Part shown: positions 13,739 through 26,959 of the stretch, in pieces | Position numbering within the stretch: position 1 is the stretch's first letter | Layout: each line of letters opens with the position of its first letter | DNA from: Azolla caroliniana | Lineage: Eukaryota; Plantae; Polypodiophyta | Assembly (NCBI GenBank): GCA_043228905.1 | Contig: JBHGNT010000011.1 | Location: 19,282,001 to 19,346,000, forward strand | Length of the DNA stretch: 64,000 nt | Reading direction: 5' to 3' | Notes under the pieces: generated by a model | Told to the model about the DNA's origin: nothing | What the model saw: only the letters and a program-made list of their open reading frames with translations | Database searches by the model: none | Made by a program: the position numbers and the translations under genes

Positions 13739-15920
13739 ACCTTCTAATATAAAGAATAAAACATCCTTTGGCTTAACGATATTTTTTTTAATCCTTTGGT
13801 GAAAAACGGCCCCCTATGATATGCTCATGTTACATAACCTCCTTAAGCACCTCCTTATTCTGTAATTGGAGCCTTCTGTTTTCTGTCTTATGTAAATTTG
13901 TACATCTGATGCAATGTGTGGTTTAATTTTATGAAGTTTATTATTTAGGGAAAGACATTTAGAACTAGAATGCAGGAGGATACTTAGAAAATAAACAAAT
14001 TTGCATAAATTCAAAACTTAAAAATGGAACGTAGGAGGTTATAGATAATAATAAAAAGCCTTGGTGGGAATAACAAATTTGCATAAATTCTGAGCTTTGA
14101 ATCCGGATGCAAATGTAAGTCTTAAATCAAAAGATAAAGTTGAACTGAAAGCACAAAATGTCATCATTTGTTCAAAAAATGAACATCAAAGATGAATTTA
14201 GGGTTTAAGATGTAGGGTTTGGTAATGTAGAAGCTTCAAATATGATGCAGCACAAATCAGTTCATACCTTGGGGTTTTGTCTCCATAGGACATTGCAAAT
14301 TTGTTTGTGTATCAGAGGTTCTAAGAGATTGAGCATTGCAAAAATACATTGGTTGCTGTTGTTTGTATATCATGGATTCTAAGAGATTGAATATATGGGT
14401 TATTACTGAACACTTGACCCTATATTGAACATGTCTAATAATGATGGCCCAGGTTAAAAGGGACAAGTAGACAAGATAAATTTGTGATATGAAACATCAA
14501 AGAGAAAGAGAAAATTAGATGAGCTAATAGTATGATATAAGAGATAAGAAGAGACGTTTTTGAAAGAAAAAAATATGCCGGAAGAGTCACCGGAGTAGCA
14601 GAGTAGCAAAGGTGTTCTGGAGACCCCCACATTGACAAAGTTACATATTGTGGGTAGTATGTCGTCACTCTCGAAGAATACACTTCAGTTACTGCAAAAT
14701 AAAATAATTTTACTCATTTTCCCAGTTGGGATATTGGTTCTATGTTAAACATCCGACTGTTTTATTGCTGTACGAGATAGTTAATGCGTGGACTTGCATT
14801 TCAGTGCAACGACGTTAAATCTGTTTTTTGTTGATCTCTTTTGCAAACCATCATTTAAATCTCACAATGTTACATACAAAATTTCAGATTTTTGCCCACC
14901 TTTTTTGCAAACCGTCATTTAAGTCTAATAATAATATCCAAAATGAATAGATGCCACAAGATGCAGTTCAGTAGTTAAGCAAAAAATGCAATTCACTTGA
15001 CTATGTCAATCCTTATTAGTACAATGTTTCATTGCTGTACCCTCTATATTCCCATTTACAAGAAACCTGTAAAGAAATAAGAGGGTCGTAGTGCATAGAT
15101 AGTTTTGTATGGAAGCATTTACATAGTCTTCACCAACAAAAAAATAGCAATATATCTAACATTTTCCTTACTAGTTGCTAGAAGGATATTCCATCTTCTA
15201 TCTCTCTGTCATATGTAGAACGTTATTAATTAAGACGGTCATAACAATACAAAACTACTTTAATCACTCAACAGAAACTCTTTATTAATCAAAGTACTTA
15301 AAATTCCTTACGTGCCCACTTTAATCGGTAGCTTAAATAAACAATTAACTGTTAGCTTGTTCTAACCTCAATTTATTTATCATTTGACCATAGTAGTAAG
15401 ATGTTATAAACATGCCACTGATATAACAATAATTATGCCATACATTAGGTGTGTTTCGAATAACTAGTGGGAAGTCAGTGCTCTTCATAAATTATGTCAA
15501 GTGGTTCATCCTTGCTTTACTCACATACAGATTGATAGGATTTAAGTTCACTCTATCACTAGAGAACAATTGCAAGAATTCCTCATAAACGGTCAGATAC
15601 ATCCATCAAAATATGGGAAACTCTTGCAATATCCATGGGCCATCAGAAACGAGCACATGGTTTTGTGAGTTCTGCCACATCTAATGGTTCTGTTGAGGCA
15701 AACTTCCATAAGATGCCTAGACACACAGTTGCACTTTTAAAACACTCTTAAACCAAAGTTTGTGCCTTACAAGGTTAGGTATGGTACTTACCTTGTAAGA
15801 TTTAATTTGAAACACAGAGAGGAGATGTTATTACTTAAAAAGTATGATTTTCACTTTCATAAGTTCCCTTTACAAATGGAGAGGAATTGTAGGATTTAAT
15901 AGACCACACTACGCTATATA

Positions 15921-16468
15921 AATAGAGAAGACAGCATAAAATCTTACCTTTTCAATTTTAAGATCATTATATCAAAATAATTTCCCTGCTGGAATCCGTT
16001 GTGTTACCTGATTCTAATGAAATTATAGATTACCATCAGTTTCGATAAATTATAAATTCTAATGTTTCTCTTTTTTTTCCAAGTAAAGCGCATATTATTG
16101 TACATATTACAATATAGAAAGTTTAGAATAATTTCAGTGAAATGTGGGCATGATTACAATGCTTTTTAAGTAGAATGTAATAGAAAGCAGGGAATAGAGA
16201 AGTCAGCATAAAATCTTACCTTTTCAATTTTAAGGTCATTATATCGAAATAATTTCCTTGCTGGAATCCACAGCAATCCGTTGTGTTACCTGATTCTAAT
16301 GAAATTACAGATTACCATCAGTCTCGATAACCAGCATTAATCTCTCTCTTCTTTTCCAAGTAAATCGTATATTATTGTACATATTACAATATATAAAGTT
16401 TAGAATAATTTCAGTAAAATGTGAACATGATTACAATGTTTTTTAAGTAGAATGTAATAGAAACCAGG
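15921..16468. repeat. Tandem duplication (about 272 bp) containing the IFT57 terminal coding exon
   Basis: Copies at 15921-16192 and 16193-16468 are near-identical. Each has an acceptor, exon and donor on the minus strand. Confidence 0.93.
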
Positions 16469-19400
16469 AAACCCACACCTTCGGCAGTTAAACAGAAAAG
16501 GCAATGTAATGAGTATGATGAATAACTAGGCTGTCTCAGTCGCAAAAAATTTACAAATAAAAGAAAGCTTTCAACCAATTATACGATATGATAAGTTCTA
16601 TATTATGCAGTAGAGATTCACGAAGTCACATTCTGTGGTCTATGGAGCTTCTTATCAAACCCAAGTTAAAATTGCTGATGGATGTGAATCTCTCAGAATA
16701 TTTCTCACACTGAAACTGGCCAAACAAATTTCAAGAGGGTGGTAAAACTCCACTTGAACTTTCAAATTTTTCGTAAATGACTTATAAGTTTTAGATAAGT
16801 GCAACTCTTAGCAAGTGTTCGTATACTGGTCCTTCTACTGCACTCTACGTGGCTAACTTGATAAAAGACTGCAGATGCAACAAAATACTTCGTAAGTATT
16901 GGTACAGAGCATAGTTGGTGATGCATATAACATTGCAAAGTTGCAGATATGTTTGATTTTGCAGTCTGTATTCAATCATTTTCTTCAGTGAAAACATTCC
17001 ACTTAAGCAATCTTTAGATCTCCCTGCTATAATCGCTGTTATTATGCTCAAAAAGCAAGATCTACTCTGACAAAAGTATTAAGCTCCATAAAACTTAAGT
17101 AGGATATGTGAATAAATAGCGCATAATGCTCGGAAACATGAATACCTGAAGAAGGGTGTGTTCTAGTACACCCACACGCACTCCCATCTCCTTGAGCTCG
17201 GCCTGTATGATTATGGAATGATGTTTAGAGTGGAATGCAATGTATAAACGTTCAAATATATTACTTTCTTCTTAAAATGAGCTGCTTTCTAACCTTCAGG
17301 GTATGAATGCGATTTTTAATATCTACCAGAGGAGATATATCTGAAATTTGATTTCCTTTCTCCACCAAGTTATGCTATTAGAGTGAAAGTGTGAAAGTTC
17401 AGTAAGCCTCTATATTATCACTTGTTGAGAAACAATCCCGTTGATATGCACTCAAATGCACGAACGATGATACTCAAATATATTACTTTCACTTCATCAA
17501 GTTGTTGTGACGTGCTCTCCAGCTCGTGGCTTAAGTTTCTGATACTCGCTGAGCTTTCCTCTTGTCTCTGAAGCAAAATACATTTGATTTCAGTATTAAT
17601 GAAACAATTATCCTACAATATGATGATTTTTACCAGTTTAAATTATATCCCATCCTATTATAAGCATATAGACCTGTTGCACTTCCTTCAAACGGTTGTG
17701 GACACTGTTATAATCAATCACCTGCACATATTTGCAGATCATTAGTTACAATTTACAGAGTTATATTCTTACATATATTCCCAGATGGTTGCATTGTTCA
17801 ACTCAAGTATATGGAGACACACATCCTTCGTGCCTATCATATAGCGATAGTACAGGTTCAGTCATCAGCTGAATATAGGGACGAAAGTTGAATGTAATGA
17901 GCACTATGGATATCACTGCCCAGACTATTATGATATCAGAAGTAGATAGCAGTGGCTCTTTCGAGAGGGATTTAAACCTCCCTGTTAAGAGGAATATGCT
18001 GGTCCAAGGTACTAATGATTATATTTCGGGGTTTAGGTAGGAAGCCATAGTAGATTTTCTTTTCTTTTGTTACTTGCATTGATGAGTTAACATAAACGAT
18101 GCACAATTAAAGATACTACTATAGCTTTCTGTCGTTTCAGATAGAAAATAGTTCCTAGTACCTTAACATAATTTTCCTCCATCATCCTTAGATTGGGTTC
18201 AGAAGGAACTCCCTTAAATTTCATTGCACAGGTTGCAGGTTATTACCCTCTTAACAACCACGAAGAGGGTCTAGCTTATAACATTTTGCATGACAATATC
18301 GATCAATAGAGACCACAATCATTACAATACTGTTTTCATTTCAGAAATCTGGGACGCGGCCTGACATTTTGACAATAATAATTTAACACGAAAAATAATT
18401 GTTATCAACCTGCGTTTCCAACTGCTTGTTGAGAAATTTCTCTCGGCTATCCAGCTTGTCCAAGAAAAATGAAATGTCATCTTCAATTCTACAAAAAAAC
18501 AAGAAACAACGTCTGCATATAATATAAATTCTACCATTGCGCCAACATAATGGCATGCCTTTAATCTGAACTAAACCTTCGTGGCCATCATAAAGAGCTT
18601 TCTATATTGATGTATTTAAGAATCAACAAACAGTACTTGCTATTAATATCTCAATTCTCACTCTGGAGTCCTACAATTAAACTGTAAAAAAAATCAAAAT
18701 ATCACTTGAAAATTGCCAATCTGTCAAAGATAAATAAACTTCTAGGGATATTAAATAATGTTAATGTAACTATTGAGATCCAGAACGAAATTTAACGCAA
18801 GTCAAGATTTAATAAACTATTTGACATAAATACATATTCACGAGAATGAGAAATGGAAGCATTGATAAACCCTATAAACTGAGATAGTATACAATGTGCA
18901 AATTTGGTAAAGAGCCGATACGAACCAGGGGAAGAATAATGCATGCCTTTCCATATAACAATTGCCCTAAGTCTCATGTCCCAGCCCATGCACATTAGGG
19001 CCATAGCACATGTTCTACATCTATAATAGATACGCATGTAAATAGCGAAAGATATTCTTGATACAAGGTTCACTTCAGCATTGAAGTGACAACTCCACTT
19101 TTGGATGTTAGTGACAGGAAGACCAAGAATTTCCAACAGTCAATCCAGATGCGATGTGACAGCCAGTGATGAATCCAGTGTTCACTAGCATTACTATATG
19201 AGGGAACTCTTCACAGATGGGATTGTCCAACTAGCATACTCTGACCAGCAGTAGATATTTGTGTAGACCTTTTCAGAAAGTCACTACTTGATTACCATGA
19301 TTTTGAGAGAGATACTCTACTTGCATAGGGAGAAACATTGTGCCACATTTCTGCTTTTGCCAATCTTCCCTTACTGAGACCGTAACTACCTGTAGATGCA

Positions 19401-22038
19401 ATATTTCTTCCCTATAAAATAGATTCTAATCACATATTAGGTACAAAGGTGATCCTTTACATGTTACCAGAAAAAGGAATTTCAGAGGAAAATTATATCA
19501 GCAGTTGACAATCGAGATCCTACTGAAGGCATTCATCTGTAAATGATCTAGCCTATGAGAGATACTTCATAAAGGTGAGGCTCACTTTCAAGTGATAATA
19601 GCATGATTTTATGTATCCATCCTGCTTTTGAAGCTCACACCAGCCAATATAGAAGGTAACCCCACCATAATTGGTTAGATGCCAGAGTGATGAATAAATA
19701 CCATTCAAAAAAATTTAGAATTTCTTTCCTCGTGTTTAACTTGCATCCCCCAATCACAACCGAAACAAATTTCTGTCAATCATTCTAACTACATTCCTTT
19801 CAAAATACACAAAGTTAAGCCCATTCATCCTCTAAAAGGACATGACTTATTACCTTTGTAATTTTTTGCAACAACTTGGTAAATTTGTTGACATTTCCTA
19901 AGATGCAAAAAATAATGTGATCACTGAACTTAAATATGTTTCTTGTCCAATAAAGAGTAAAAACATTGTGATATTAACAGTTTTACAAATAGAATAGAGT
20001 GTATTATTGATTGGAATAAAACTGGAGCAAGAGTGTTATCATACTTTAACATCAAGGATGTTCAAGAATTTATTTTTGTATGTTAAGTAAATAAAAAATT
20101 TGACATAACCACCATTTATAGTAAGAGATACGTGAGAAATTAATAAACGATCATATGATATATCTGAGCTCAGTAGAAAGAGTCGACCAAAAAAATGATC
20201 ATGTTCATGAAAAATGGCTATGAGATTGACAATTAATGTTTTGACTATTGTTATCTATTGTAAATTGACTAGGTATTTATGCAGATTATTAAACATGATT
20301 GGAGTTTAATTTTAAATCTGCAAAAAAGATAGATAAATGCAACTAGACTATATGGTATATGCAGAGAGGCAAATGCAAGCATGCTAATCCATTCCTATGT
20401 GCAGGATATTGACTGACAGGAAGATAAAACACTTGATCATAACTAAAGAGAAAAACATGCATTCAACATCCAAAATAAAGAATAATGCAGAGATGACTTA
20501 AAAGATATTATATTTTATATTTTCTAGAACCATATGTTAAAAGTCCATGAACATAGTTGAAATCCTACAGAATATAGTTGTTGAGCATCGGTTAGGTGTG
20601 TCCGCCAGTCGCTGCCATCACTTCCCTGCAGAATTATGCAAAACTTACAACATACAATTAATAATAATCATGCAATTGCAATATTCTATAAGAATAGCAC
20701 ATGTAAGGTTCATTTGATTTTTATTCAGAGAAGTGTCTTAAAAATATTGATCTTAATTCCCAACCTGAAAAGATACAAAGTGGAACCTTATGATGTTAGC
20801 CATGAGGTGAAAGGTGTATAACAAGAGGCCAAGTAATCACCAGTGCACAAGTTTCTTACAGCCGGACAACAGGATGAAGAAGTCAAGAAGCTCTAAAGGA
20901 GTTTTTGATGTTATATGATACTGCATCAACTCGGACGTGCCCTGTAATCTAAATTCCCCCATTTCCCATTTTCCACATAATGAAATGTGAACTATGCCCA
21001 TCCTATAGCTCCAAAAATTTTGACCACGAGGTAGCTGAACATGCCACATCTTAGATGTGAGAATAACAAAATTCGTTGATAAACAACAGATTTAGTATCA
21101 TAAACAATACAGTCAATCGAAGCAGGAGAAGCAGAGACATCCCAGAGCTTTGACATGATGTTATTTATTCTCACTCCTTATATCAATCTGAATGACTTAT
21201 TGTGAGATATTTCTAGAGTACAAAATACATGGTTCCTTATGCATAAGTAGGTTATCACATAGAAATTACAAAAGTAAATAGAAACAAGATGCTATGATGG
21301 CAGATCAACAACGAAAGAGTTGATTGACAAACCATAGATATACGAAGCTGAAAAGCTGCACATTCTGCTTCATTTTTGGATTTCTCAAGACACTCTTTGA
21401 GTGAAACCTTCTTGTTCCTGGCACGACATATCGTCCATATGCTATTTTAAATGTACTGCATACTTTTATATTCTAGAAAGCCTTGGCAAATACACATTGT
21501 TAACCTCACAACTTCAAAGTTACTAAGCTTACATGTTCTTGTCTGGAGTGAAATCAGTGGTTCCTTGCAACTTCATCGGTACAGCATCACCTAGTGTACC
21601 TATCTGTCAAAAGTGAACATTTTGGATTATAAACGGTAGCAACTTCCTCTGTACAAATGCATAACCATTAATTAAATTTTTTAAAAACATAACATCATAA
21701 CCTTTTGATCATATTCAACAAGTAGTATACAACAATCTCCGGAACTTTTAATTCAATATTCACATGAAATCATTGGTATAGGAAAAAAAAATATACTTAC
21801 AACATAAACTTTACGCACTTGGCAAATCAAGTCTATGCCAAAACATGCAGAATCATTTTTTCTTGGACCAGAATCTAAGAGTCGCCTCATCAGTATCATC
21901 ACTTACAGTAATGGTTCCTATAATTATTATTCCTCTTTGTACATGCACAACCATTATACATTATTTAAAAACATAATATTATAACCTTTTGATCATATTC
22001 AACAAAGTGTATACAATAATCTCCAGAACTTTTCATTG

Positions 22039-22100
<62 letters not shown>

Positions 22101-25100
22101 GTGCTTATAAAATAAACTCTACACACTTGACTATTCAAGTCTTTGCCAAAACATGCAGAATAATTTTTTCTTGGACCAGAATCTAAGAATCACCTTATCA
22201 GTATCATTGCGTACAGTACTAGTTCCAATACCTTCATGTCTTTGCCTGATGCAGGAAGAACAAGTTTTCATAAATATCACAAACTCAGAAGGAAAAGGTG
22301 TCAACCGTGCTGCACAGAATTTCTAATATTTTAACTCCTTTTATTTATCCGAAACTATACTCACCCATCTTGGCTATAGATGGGCTGATTAAAACAAAAT
22401 CCCTCAGCTTCTAAGGCAAGGTCTGTCAAACTATCTAGTACACTGCATACAGAATCGCCAAAACCCTGCAAAGTTTATAAAATTTCTGCACGTTATTGGA
22501 TGGAAAAAATATAAATTCAGGCACCTTAGGGCAACAATTTTGAGAAACCTACCGGTTTCAACTTTGCAGGAGCCCAACTAGGTTGTGCAAATCCAAGCTC
22601 TTTTAAATGGTCCACTATCCAAAGTTCATTCATGTATCAATTAGCATAATATGACAATTATGTGTACATGAACATTAGGGCAAACAACGCAGCTAATTGT
22701 TTGAATCATCCTAGCCATAAATTGTGCACTATGCAAAGGTAGTTGATTTAGCTATTGGCATAATATGACAGTTATGTAGTAATGTACATCAAGGCAATCA
22801 ATAAAAGATTATAGTTTAAAGGATCCTATTCACGAATGAGAATTTACTGAATGGTGTGCACTGTACAAAGGAAGATTATGCATATATCAGCATAATATAA
22901 CAATTATCATAAATATAAATCAATGCAAACAAAAACAAAGTATAAACATGAACTGTACAACATGATATCACTATGATCGCCATCACATGGCCTACTTTGT
23001 TTGCGTTCTTCACAGCTTCACAACATTATCTATGAGACAGCTATGCATCTCAGTAACTCAAGGTTCCCACTATCATCTCCCTACCAAGGTTAAACATAGT
23101 AAATATTCGTCACATTTCTACTTCTTCTAGGCAGCACGATGTACATTGTATACTCGCCTTTCTCCTTACAAAACTGCAATGTTGTATTCTGGATGAGTTG
23201 TCTCTAACGAGATACCTCTTATGTTATGAGGTATGTACTAACATTTGAGCCATAATTAAAGGTAATCCTGTGTGCCTTGAAGCAACAACCAGTACGTTTC
23301 ACGTCAACAGGATAACTGACCCTCAGAGAGCATGGTGCTCACGTTTATGATGTCTCCTCATATAGACCACCACTTTTTTTTGCATAGTTTTGAAACCTGA
23401 CCTGATGTCTGGTCTATTAAATCATCACAATTTCTGCGACTCCTTTCTTACATCAATGTACCAGAAATAGAAGAACAATATGTCACTTCAGAATGGCCTA
23501 TGAAGACACCATGCATAATTTTCAAGAGTTCCTTCAAGGTTGCAGCCAAAGAGCTCCTACCATGAATGAAACTATCATCACTGACATTAGAACAACTCTT
23601 GCTTCTTTTTCAGAATCATGGTATTGACGTTGCATCATGGTATGAAAATGTGATGAATTTGAGGGCAGGTAAAGTATGCAATGAAGGCATGGTAGAGGAT
23701 AAATGTCACTTGCTCTTCACATGCTCGGAATATAGTGCAATTCATTCAAGATATGATGACATATTAAGAGGGAGTGATAACTTAAGTGCCATACTTAAGA
23801 CACCACCTAGAAGGTTGAGCTCATTTTATGTATGCCTTATTCATGCATAGAGACTTTGTGCTTCAATGTATGAATACCCCTTTTTAGGAAGGAGACACAT
23901 ATCAAGAACACATGTATACTCTAATCCCATAGGTCAAAACTGGCCTCTTTATGGACGATAAAAAATTCTAATTCTAATTCTAATCAAATTCGCAGAAGAT
24001 TTAAACAGAGAAAGTAGGAAATAATCATAGTTTTCCATTCCAGATTTTTTTTTAGATTTTCTTTCTGCTTAACCTTTTCAAAATCCCACACCAACATGAC
24101 TAAAGAGAATGTTGTGCAATGATTGTTGGTCCCACATGACATGTTGTCCCTCCGTGGATGATAATCTATCATCATTATCCTTTCATTTTGCAGTTCTAAC
24201 ATGGCATCAGAGCGTAAGATTTTCTTCACTAAACTTTTCATTTTTAGATTCTAAGACTGCCAGATTTTAGGAATTCTATATTCAGCCTTGTTGCCAGATC
24301 ATTTGCAGATTTGTGGCCACCTTGACTATATCACCCAAGCTTTGCTTCTTTTATTTGTATGATCAGTCTCTTGGTATCTATGGTTTCCAGCAGTTAAATA
24401 AGCCAATGCGTATTCAAAACTATCATTTTCAATAATTCTTCCTAAACCCTTAGACTATTGGAAATCTACTATTTATACTTTGTGGTGGTATAGCATTGTT
24501 GTTCACTTCAGGAGGGTGCCGGCTCAATTTTCTTGTCAAGAAATTGGTGTAGTCTAATTAGTTTCTCCTAGTGTGCTTGTGCATACTGTTCTTGATTGCA
24601 GCTTTCTAGTTTGCTTGTATGGCAATCTAGATAAGACTTTTTTAGACCTATGTATTCTCTACCTATTCATGCCCATCTCATATCTGTCATTCATACCATG
24701 TGACTATTGCAAGATTATATCACGAATCAAATATTATGATTAAGAAAAGAATGGTTTAAGGGTACACTGCTCAGTAAAGGAGAAGAGATGAATATGAATA
24801 TCATTGATGTCCCATACCACCGAATATCATAGATGAACAGGTCCGAATGAAGACAACTTTGCCTAACTAATTGAGTCTCAACAGCATCTTGAGATGCTGT
24901 AATGAATGGGGTAGCTAGTTTCCTTTCTGTTCCCACATTCCATAGGTCCTTATAGGTTTGTTGAACTGGTCCCTAAGGCAATGTCTGTAACAGACTCCAC
25001 AAATAATTCCAACTTCATCATCTAGCAAAATCATGTGAAGTGAAGTGTGTTGATTGACAGTTGTATTTATGAATGAAGGGTTCAGCTTTCCAAACCTCCT

Positions 25101-26959
25101 CACCAACATCTTCTAAGGTCTACCTCGTCAGCTTCAAGCTCTCCTGATGGTTGAAGATCTACATGTTGATCATTTGTGACTCTAATACAGATTTGATCTT
25201 TGGCAAGAGACCGACCAGAAGGTGTTTTCTATATTAGGATATATCTTATAAAATCATATCTTATCTTATTTGAGCGTAAGGAACACATCACAAGCAATTG
25301 GGTTAGATCCTTTCAACGGGGTTGAATTTTTCCTGTTTAACCTTTCTGGTTCACTGTGAATAACCCAAACGGTTTGGATTTTGTCACTAACCTATCTCCT
25401 TCTGCGACTAATGAATGCATCTAGAAGATGACTTGAATGTTAGATGTAATGGAACCTAACCATGTTCCACGACAATCTCAGCAAATGCAAGCTATTAACC
25501 TAACCCAAGCAGCATCACAATGTATTACTACGACCATAGTAAGATCCAAATTAATACAGACTCATGCAAAACTGTTCTGATTCGATAAAGCAATGACTTT
25601 AGTTCAAAAAAAAGCATCGACCATGACATACATATCACATACTGACGAGAAATGTAATTCTCTGACTTCAGCTAAAATGCCACTGCTAGAAATATTCGAC
25701 TACTGTCTCTCCAATTCCTCTGCCTACCCTGTGCGAGGTTTGGATATTGGACTCTCATGATGAAAAATGTCAGCATGGTATCTATATTGGAGACCTTACC
25801 CAAGTTGACCATTTTAACTAACTTATAATCCACAATCCATTACTTATGAATTTGGAAACGTGCAGCTTTTTACTCTGGTTTTGATATACGAGCACATTTA
25901 TATGACCGTATGATGTATTTATAAACAGGACGTCTATGGCATTTCGTTTTCCAATGACCAGAAAACCTTTTGGAGAAATGAAACAAGATAGTTCTCGTCA
26001 CCTTGCATGAACAATGAGGAAAAGAAACACTTACTAATATCCGTGCAAATAGCATTCAGATTTGTAATTTCTTGGGGCATCGAAAACTTGCGACCAACTA
26101 AACTCAGCAGCCATGAAACCTTCAAAATGAGAGACATAGTGAGCTTCGTTGAAGACAAAAACATGAATGGATTTCACTGATCAAAGTAGAGGGCTTCCTC
26201 ATTTCTATATTTGCATATGTTTTGATTGATTTGTTGTTGACTTGCTAATCTCACCAAGCTCACAAAGTACAAGAATTGATCATTACAAGTACTGCAAGGC
26301 AGAGCAAAATAGAACTTGTGTAAACGTGGCCAGGGTGGCTCCCTGAAAACATTACAAGGAAATATAGTGAAAAATTGAACGCAAAATTAGATTTCCGTCC
26401 AGATGCCAAGGTTTTAAATGAGCTTCTTGAAGATATTTTCAACAAACAGAAAAAGAAAACTTCAAGCTGTAGGGAAAGCATTTTAAAATAATTTAAATGA
26501 GTTTCTCATGTTTTTTCAACTAATTAGTTGAAGACAGTCTGAATGAGGTAACGCAAAGAAAGATATATTTACATCTCTCAAACACCAAAATGACCTCAAT
26601 GGAATGGAAATGGAACGTGAAACACAAAGAATGTTGCTCAATGAGTTGGAAAATGATTATTGTAATTGGAAATATTCGCTCAATAAAATTGCAATTGGAA
26701 GTATTGACTAAAGGAAATCAAAATTTGGGATTGGAATTGAGAGCATCTCACTCAATGAAAAAGAAAATAGAAACGGAACGGAAAATGAAACCATCTACTT
26801 CAATGAATAGAAATTCAAATTCAAAACTAACCACACACAGAGAAAGAGAGAGAGAGAGAGAGAAAACCTTGAGTTACAGAATCGATCCTCATAATCAAGC
26901 AAACTCAGTTTGTCGACAATAAGTTCCATCAGAACGCTTGCCCTTGCCTCCAACTTCAT
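16239..26959 (-). CDS. IFT57: Intraflagellar transport protein 57 (IFT57/HIPPI), 16 exons, about 385 aa
   Basis: Minus-strand exons 26868-26959, 26255-26342, 26035-26119, 22553-22614, 22365-22465, 22194-22245, 21533-21603, 21333-21441, 20569-20625, 19854-19897, 18410-18488, 17674-17721, 17487-17567, 17294-17374, 17146-17202 and 16239-16289. All are GT-AG and phase-consistent (1158 nt). Peptides LIVDKLSLLDYEDRFC, LHKFYFALP, VSWLLSLVG, KELGFAQPSWAPAKLKPGFGDSVCSVLDSL, DWRTHL, LDKLDSREKFLNKQLE and DISPLVDIKNRIHTLKAELKEMGVRVGVLEHTLLQ match IFT57 hallmarks. The start codon, linker exons and last exon are less certain. Confidence 0.9.
21646..22230. repeat. Tandem duplication (about 290 bp) in IFT57, including part of exon 6 and its donor
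   Basis: ATAACCTTTTGATCATATTCAACAA and GCCAAAACATGCAGAAT.ATTTTTTCTTGGACCAGAATCTAAGA each occur twice. The second copy carries a (CT)n(AT)n microsatellite. Confidence 0.88.
22640..22935. repeat. Degenerate tandem repeat (about 120 bp, x3) in an IFT57 intron
   Basis: GCATAATAT.ACA.TTAT occurs at about 22644, 22758 and 22890, with matching flanks. Confidence 0.7.
23600..23984 (+). mobile_element. 5'-truncated LINE (RTE-like) 3' end
   Basis: Zn-knuckle-like KVCNEGMVEDKCHLLFTCSEYSAIHSRY, then a 3' UTR ending in a short-repeat tail, AAAAAATTCTAATTCTAATTCTAAT. Confidence 0.7.
23985..25280 (+). mobile_element. Internally deleted LTR-retrotransposon remnant in an IFT57 intron
   Basis: The LTR end ...TAACA is followed immediately by the PBS-like TGGCATCAGAGC (24202-24213; consensus TGGTATCAGAGC, complementary to tRNA-iMet). 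The boundaries are uncertain. Confidence 0.55.

Noticed and set aside
18410-18488. Apparent frameshift in an IFT57 exon
   Set aside because: Recounting the A5 run at about 18465 shows the frame is intact (IEDDISFFLDKLDSREK).
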